Translations under genes and position numbers: made by a program | Source of the DNA: a virus | Lineage: Duplodnaviria; Caudoviricetes | Length of the DNA: 35,678 nt | Virus record (IMG/VR): IMGVR_UViG_3300040985_001053 | Location: 1 to 35,678 of that record | Reading direction: 5' to 3' (one strand) | The notes under the pieces: model-generated | Seen by the model: the letters and a program-made list of their open reading frames with translations, nothing else | Database searches by the model: none | Told to the model about the DNA's origin: nothing | Shown: positions 32,009 through 35,678 of the stretch, piece by piece | How positions within the stretch are numbered: the first letter of the stretch is position 1 | Layout: each line of letters starts with the position of its first letter

Positions 32009-32530
32009 CTAACTGTATGGATTATCAGAGGTATGACTACCTTGATGAATCGATGCGCCACCCTCTGCTCTGCCCGTTTCTGGGTCGGGTGCGTACTCAT
32101 TTCTTCCCATTTTACCCGCATCAGCCATAGTCGCAAGCACTTTTGCCCTCTTAGCGTCATTGTCTTCCTTCGCATACTCCATCGGCAAACGCATTAAATA
32201 CGCTGTTCCTCCACCAGATGCTCTAGTTGCTACCTGACCCTGACGGTTAGTAACGTGTTCCCAAGCAGCACCCTTAGCCCGATCTATGCGGCCTGGCTTA
32301 TTAGGGTCTTCGTTGAAAACATAATAGCGATACTGTGTAGGGTCCATGTCGCAATCCTCAAACCCCAAGTTAGTCCCCTGCTTCATCGGAACCCGCTTCG
32401 GCCTTGTTTCTTGATTTGGATCACGGTCATCACCTGTCTGACCTGTGGATAAGTCCTGCTTTTGAGTGGAATTAACTCTCTCTCTGTCATCTTCCTGCCC
32501 GTAACTTTCATTCTCGCCAAATTCTTTCAT
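32009..32530 (-). CDS. Conserved head-module hypothetical protein
   Basis: YRYYVFNEDP...GRI..A..A.WE.V...G.TAYLMRLP.EY..ED; between scaffold and decoration genes. Confidence 0.7.
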   Translation of the reverse strand: MKEFGENESYGQEDDRERVNSTQKQDLSTGQTGDDRDPNQETRPKRVPMKQGTNLGFEDCDMDPTQYRYYVFNEDPNKPGRIDRAKGAAWEHVTNRQGQVATRASGGGTAYLMRLPMEYAKEDNDAKRAKVLATMADAGKMGRNEYAPDPETGRAEGGASIHQGSHTSDNPYS

Positions 32531-33345
32531 TTCACACCCCTTGCATCTTTAACCGCTTGTAATATTTCAGCATCGGACTTATTAGCCCAAGCACCTGGCA
32601 TTGCATCTAACATCTTTCGCTCATCTGAAGTCACATCAGCCATCGTCAACTTTTGACCAGATCGCTTAAACCCAGTCGGCTTAGAACCTGTCTCGGCCTC
32701 AGACTGCTTAGGCTTGCTTCTAGCCTGTGCGGGAAAAGCCTTAGCCATCGCAGCCTCAAGAGCAGGAATCGCCGTAGCCGCACTCGTATGACCTGCTGCA
32801 CCCAATTTAGCCCACACATCACGACCATAAGCCCCTTTAGGGGAATCTTCATTAATCCACTGGTTTCTGGACTCCCACTCGGTCTGAGTTGGGTCTGCTG
32901 CCTGTGGCTGGACAAAATTACCCTGGTTCATGGTGTCGATCTGGTACTGCTTGTTTTTAGCAATCTCTAAACCATGCTGACCACCCTCAAGGATAGCCTC
33001 ATCCCTCGCTGCTATCAGTTCCTTGCGCTGAACCTCCATCTGACCCGCATGAGCTTGGTTAAGGTTATCCATTCGCTTATCGTAGTCAGAAAGCTGCCGC
33101 TTTAACCCGCGAACCTCACCAACAAGACCCTTTCTCACGTTAAATACGTCAGCCTTAACCCAATCCTCGGCATTCTTGCCAGAATCAACCCAATCATCTA
33201 GGGGAACCCAGTTATCAGCCCTCGCCTTAGTCTCTTGAATTTCATCGTAAGACCGATCATCTGTCTGCTCTACCGGAGATTCCTCGGTCTTTGTCTCTTC
33301 TGTCTCGATAGCAGCCAGAGCCGCCGCTTCTGCTTCTTCATTCAT
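32527..33345 (-). CDS. Scaffolding protein
   Basis: Acidic N-terminus, A...WVP.DDW.....WV.A..F, coiled coil, W..RN.W, C-terminal helix pair. Confidence 0.75.
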   Translation of the reverse strand: MNEEAEAAALAAIETEETKTEESPVEQTDDRSYDEIQETKARADNWVPLDDWVDSGKNAEDWVKADVFNVRKGLVGEVRGLKRQLSDYDKRMDNLNQAHAGQMEVQRKELIAARDEAILEGGQHGLEIAKNKQYQIDTMNQGNFVQPQAADPTQTEWESRNQWINEDSPKGAYGRDVWAKLGAAGHTSAATAIPALEAAMAKAFPAQARSKPKQSEAETGSKPTGFKRSGQKLTMADVTSDERKMLDAMPGAWANKSDAEILQAVKDARGVK

Positions 33346-33772
33346 CGTCAATTACTCCTAATATCTCAATGTCTGGAATGTATCTGTAAATAACGTTACC
33401 AGAGGTAACACTATCCATCGCGTTATATTTTCTATGCTCAACAGTGTCACCAATTTCGATGCCCCATTGTCTGTGCGGGGGATAATCTGGGTCTTCCCAC
33501 TTGGTATGATCGCAAATAGCTTCAAAACCTCTATCGTCTGAGGTTCCGTGATTTGGACCAGCGTTTAATTCTAATGCTCGCTGTAACCACTTGGGACTCT
33601 CACACCCTTTCCATCGCTTGAATGCAGTCGGGCCAAACGCTACAACCTTCCCCGTCTGCTCAACCGCTTGCTCTTTCCTAGTCAGATCATCAGGCAGGAC
33701 AATTCCGCCCTCTGATACGCTCTCAGACTTCTTAGCCTCGATTACTACAAAGTTACCCAGTGGTCTAATCAT
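33338..33772 (-). CDS. groES: GroES-like co-chaperonin with internal insertion
   Basis: IRPLGNFVVI, mobile loop SEGGIVLPD, GKVVAFGP, IEIGDTV, DIEILGVI. Confidence 0.85.
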   Translation of the reverse strand: MIRPLGNFVVIEAKKSESVSEGGIVLPDDLTRKEQAVEQTGKVVAFGPTAFKRWKGCESPKWLQRALELNAGPNHGTSDDRGFEAICDHTKWEDPDYPPHRQWGIEIGDTVEHRKYNAMDSVTSGNVIYRYIPDIEILGVIDDE

Positions 33773-34062
33773 CTGCTTCTCCTTCTTTGATCTGCTTCTC
33801 CTTCTTTGATTTGCTTGACGCTTTCCGGTTCCCAGTCAAACAAAAGCTCTAGCATCTTCCTAGCGCCCTCACGTTGATGGGATTGGATTAAACTCCGGTC
33901 AATAGAATCCTCTGGCAGATCATCAGATAACTGATCTATCAGTGAGGTTATTAAATCTCGGTGGAGTTCTTGTGTTACGGGGTCAGTCTTCCAGCTATGA
34001 AACTGGTCGAGTGATATTTCTTCCTGCGGGTACTTCATTGCTCTACGCAATAGCTCTAACAT
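33769..34062 (-). CDS. Hypothetical head-module protein
   Basis: F.SWK.DPVTQ motif; start set to ATG 34062 with AGGAGG SD. Confidence 0.65.
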   Translation of the reverse strand: MLELLRRAMKYPQEEISLDQFHSWKTDPVTQELHRDLITSLIDQLSDDLPEDSIDRSLIQSHQREGARKMLELLFDWEPESVKQIKEGEADQRRRSR

Positions 34063-34132
34063 ACTTACCCTCCTATGGGGTCTTACTAGCGGCAATATTG
34101 CCGATAATTCTATGACTCTCTGTGAGTCGGTG

Positions 34133-35677
34133 TTACTTGTTGTCTCTTTTGGACTTCTCGTTAATGACTGCGCCCGATACTGTAGCCGCGCCTAGCCCAG
34201 CTAGAATATCGCTAGAACTTGCTTTATTCGGGTCAAACTGTGCGTTTGTTGAGCGTATGTTTGCTGGGTCGAATATTAGATAATGATTTGCCGCTGTGTA
34301 TTGTCCATAATCTGCGTTGTCAGAAAAGTTCTTAATTTTTAGGCCGTCAAAGCCTTCCTTTTTTGCCTCCTGCGACCACTTAAATAATTGCGCGTCATCG
34401 AGGTCTGACATAGTTGCGCCTTCAGCGTCAATCTCCATCAAGTTGCCGCGAACCTTTAGGGGCATAATGTTCTGACCGCCCCCTCCAACAAGCTCGCCGC
34501 CCTGCTCTAATTTTTCTGCCTCTGCCATTAAGTCATGTGCCTTGTCCCACTCACCTGCTCGTTCCGCCGCTTGAGATTCGTCTATTAACTTTTGCACCGG
34601 AGCGTCCTCTGCCGCTAATCTCGCATAGCCTCCCGCAACATCTGGGTCATCTACAAGCCAAGTGCCTTGCTGTGCGCTCCTAGACTTTGTAACGCTCCCG
34701 CCATAAGACGGGTCGAAATCCTTAACGTCTGCTGCTGTGCCGTGATAAAGGTCTGTCGTAAACCCGCCAGCCTCAGCCCTAGCCGTTCTCGATGCTGTAT
34801 CACCACCCATCATGCTACTAACAGCCTCTTGCCTTTGTACCGGACTAAGCACCTCACCGTTCCGGGTCTTGATGTCAACAAGGGAGTCATCGAATATTAC
34901 AAAGTTTCTTGTGCCTTCGCCTGCCTTCCTACTCCCACCATCGTAGTAGCGTATGCCGGGGATGCCAGCTTCTCTAAGTGCGGATGATGCATTCTCTGCG
35001 CCCCCCATGCTTCGGCTCATACGCTCGTACATCTGCCCAGCATTCTGACTGCCAAGAAGGTTGTAAAAGCTACTGCCTTGCTCTGACCTCATCTGAGATG
35101 CCAACCAATCCGCGCCATCCTCAGCCACATCGTAATCAGGGTCTTCAAGGATTGTTCGCGCCCACTTAACATCTCTGGTGTCTGGGAAAGACTTGGCGTA
35201 ATCAGTATCAAGGAAGTCTCTAATGGCCTGCTCTGGGTTGTCATACTCTTTTGCGTATGGGGCTAATGCTTTCTGGATAGCCTCACTCTGCTCACTAAGC
35301 GGAGCATCCCAATCAAGCAGGTCATCAGGTGATACCTTTAGGTCTACGTTGTAGAGGTGGGTAGCATCCTCAATCGACAAATCATCTGCGTTGTCTTCTA
35401 TCCATTTCGCTATGCGTAATTCTTCTGGTTCCGGTGCGTTCTTATAATCATCAAGCAGCCCAAGGTCATCGGTGTCAAAAAGCTCTTTGAGCATGGCATC
35501 ATCGCCTGCCTTGTTTTTGCTCATGCTTTCTTGAAAGGTATCTCGTATCATCCGGGCTGCGCGTCTGGGGTCGCCCTCTGCGTAAAACTTTAGCTCATCA
35601 AAATAATTGATTGCTTTCTTGCCAATATCGTCAACATCAGCCTTGTGAAAAGGTTTGCCCTTGTATGCCGCAAAGGC
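34133..35677 (-). CDS. Large polyvalent-type protein with ADP-ribosyltransferase-like domain(s); 5' end off the window
   Basis: Frame is open from 35677. Contains LYNVDL...LLDWDAPLSEQ...AGIPGIRYYDG.SR...TRNFVIFD, then LYHGT....FD...GTWL...PDVA.GYA...NIMPL...GFDGL.I...YLIFDPANIRS.NA.FDP. Confidence 0.75.
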   Translation of the reverse strand, partial: AFAAYKGKPFHKADVDDIGKKAINYFDELKFYAEGDPRRAARMIRDTFQESMSKNKAGDDAMLKELFDTDDLGLLDDYKNAPEPEELRIAKWIEDNADDLSIEDATHLYNVDLKVSPDDLLDWDAPLSEQSEAIQKALAPYAKEYDNPEQAIRDFLDTDYAKSFPDTRDVKWARTILEDPDYDVAEDGADWLASQMRSEQGSSFYNLLGSQNAGQMYERMSRSMGGAENASSALREAGIPGIRYYDGGSRKAGEGTRNFVIFDDSLVDIKTRNGEVLSPVQRQEAVSSMMGGDTASRTARAEAGGFTTDLYHGTAADVKDFDPSYGGSVTKSRSAQQGTWLVDDPDVAGGYARLAAEDAPVQKLIDESQAAERAGEWDKAHDLMAEAEKLEQGGELVGGGGQNIMPLKVRGNLMEIDAEGATMSDLDDAQLFKWSQEAKKEGFDGLKIKNFSDNADYGQYTAANHYLIFDPANIRSTNAQFDPNKASSSDILAGLGAATVSGAVINEKSKRDNK

Positions 35678-35678
35678 T

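Noticed and set aside
34090-34129. 14-bp palindrome CGGCAATATTGCCG and nearby GACTC/GAGTC hairpin
   Set aside because: I saw only a single occurrence and no U-tract, which is not enough to assign an operator or terminator.

Overview
The window is almost certainly most of a tailed dsDNA phage genome with a P22-like podovirus layout and probably a Gram-negative host. A divergent promoter region at ~10.1 kb splits a leftward arm from a short rightward arm. The leftward arm reads Cro-like HTH, CHC2 zinc-binding protein, DUF1376-type initiator with an internal origin, DnaB-like helicase, NinB, C5 DNA methyltransferase, CmoA-like protein, NinG, an atypical lysis cluster, TerS and TerL (truncated at base 1). 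The rightward arm holds ERF recombinase, Gp157 and small hypotheticals. From 13.3 kb to the end the minus strand encodes the virion module: a truncated polyvalent ART-like protein, GroES, scaffold, capsid decoration, major capsid protein, beta-helix protein, gp4- and gp10-like tail proteins, an HNH-AP2 endonuclease, a cupin-like protein, four putative ejection proteins, tail fibre, a duplicated fibre domain, an RCC1 beta-propeller, a sulfotransferase-TPR-glycosyltransferase fusion and a tail chaperone. No portal, integrase or CI repressor gene is visible in the window. Three candidates stand out. (1) A C5-methyltransferase carries a second subunit overprinted in the +1 frame and overlaps a CmoA-like gene whose key residues appear substituted, a possible non-methyl DNA modification system. 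(2) A sulfotransferase/glycosyltransferase fusion sits inside the receptor-binding cassette. (3) A predicted kissing-loop RNA leader covers the start codon of the capsid decoration gene. All family calls come from motif recognition by eye; no searches were run.
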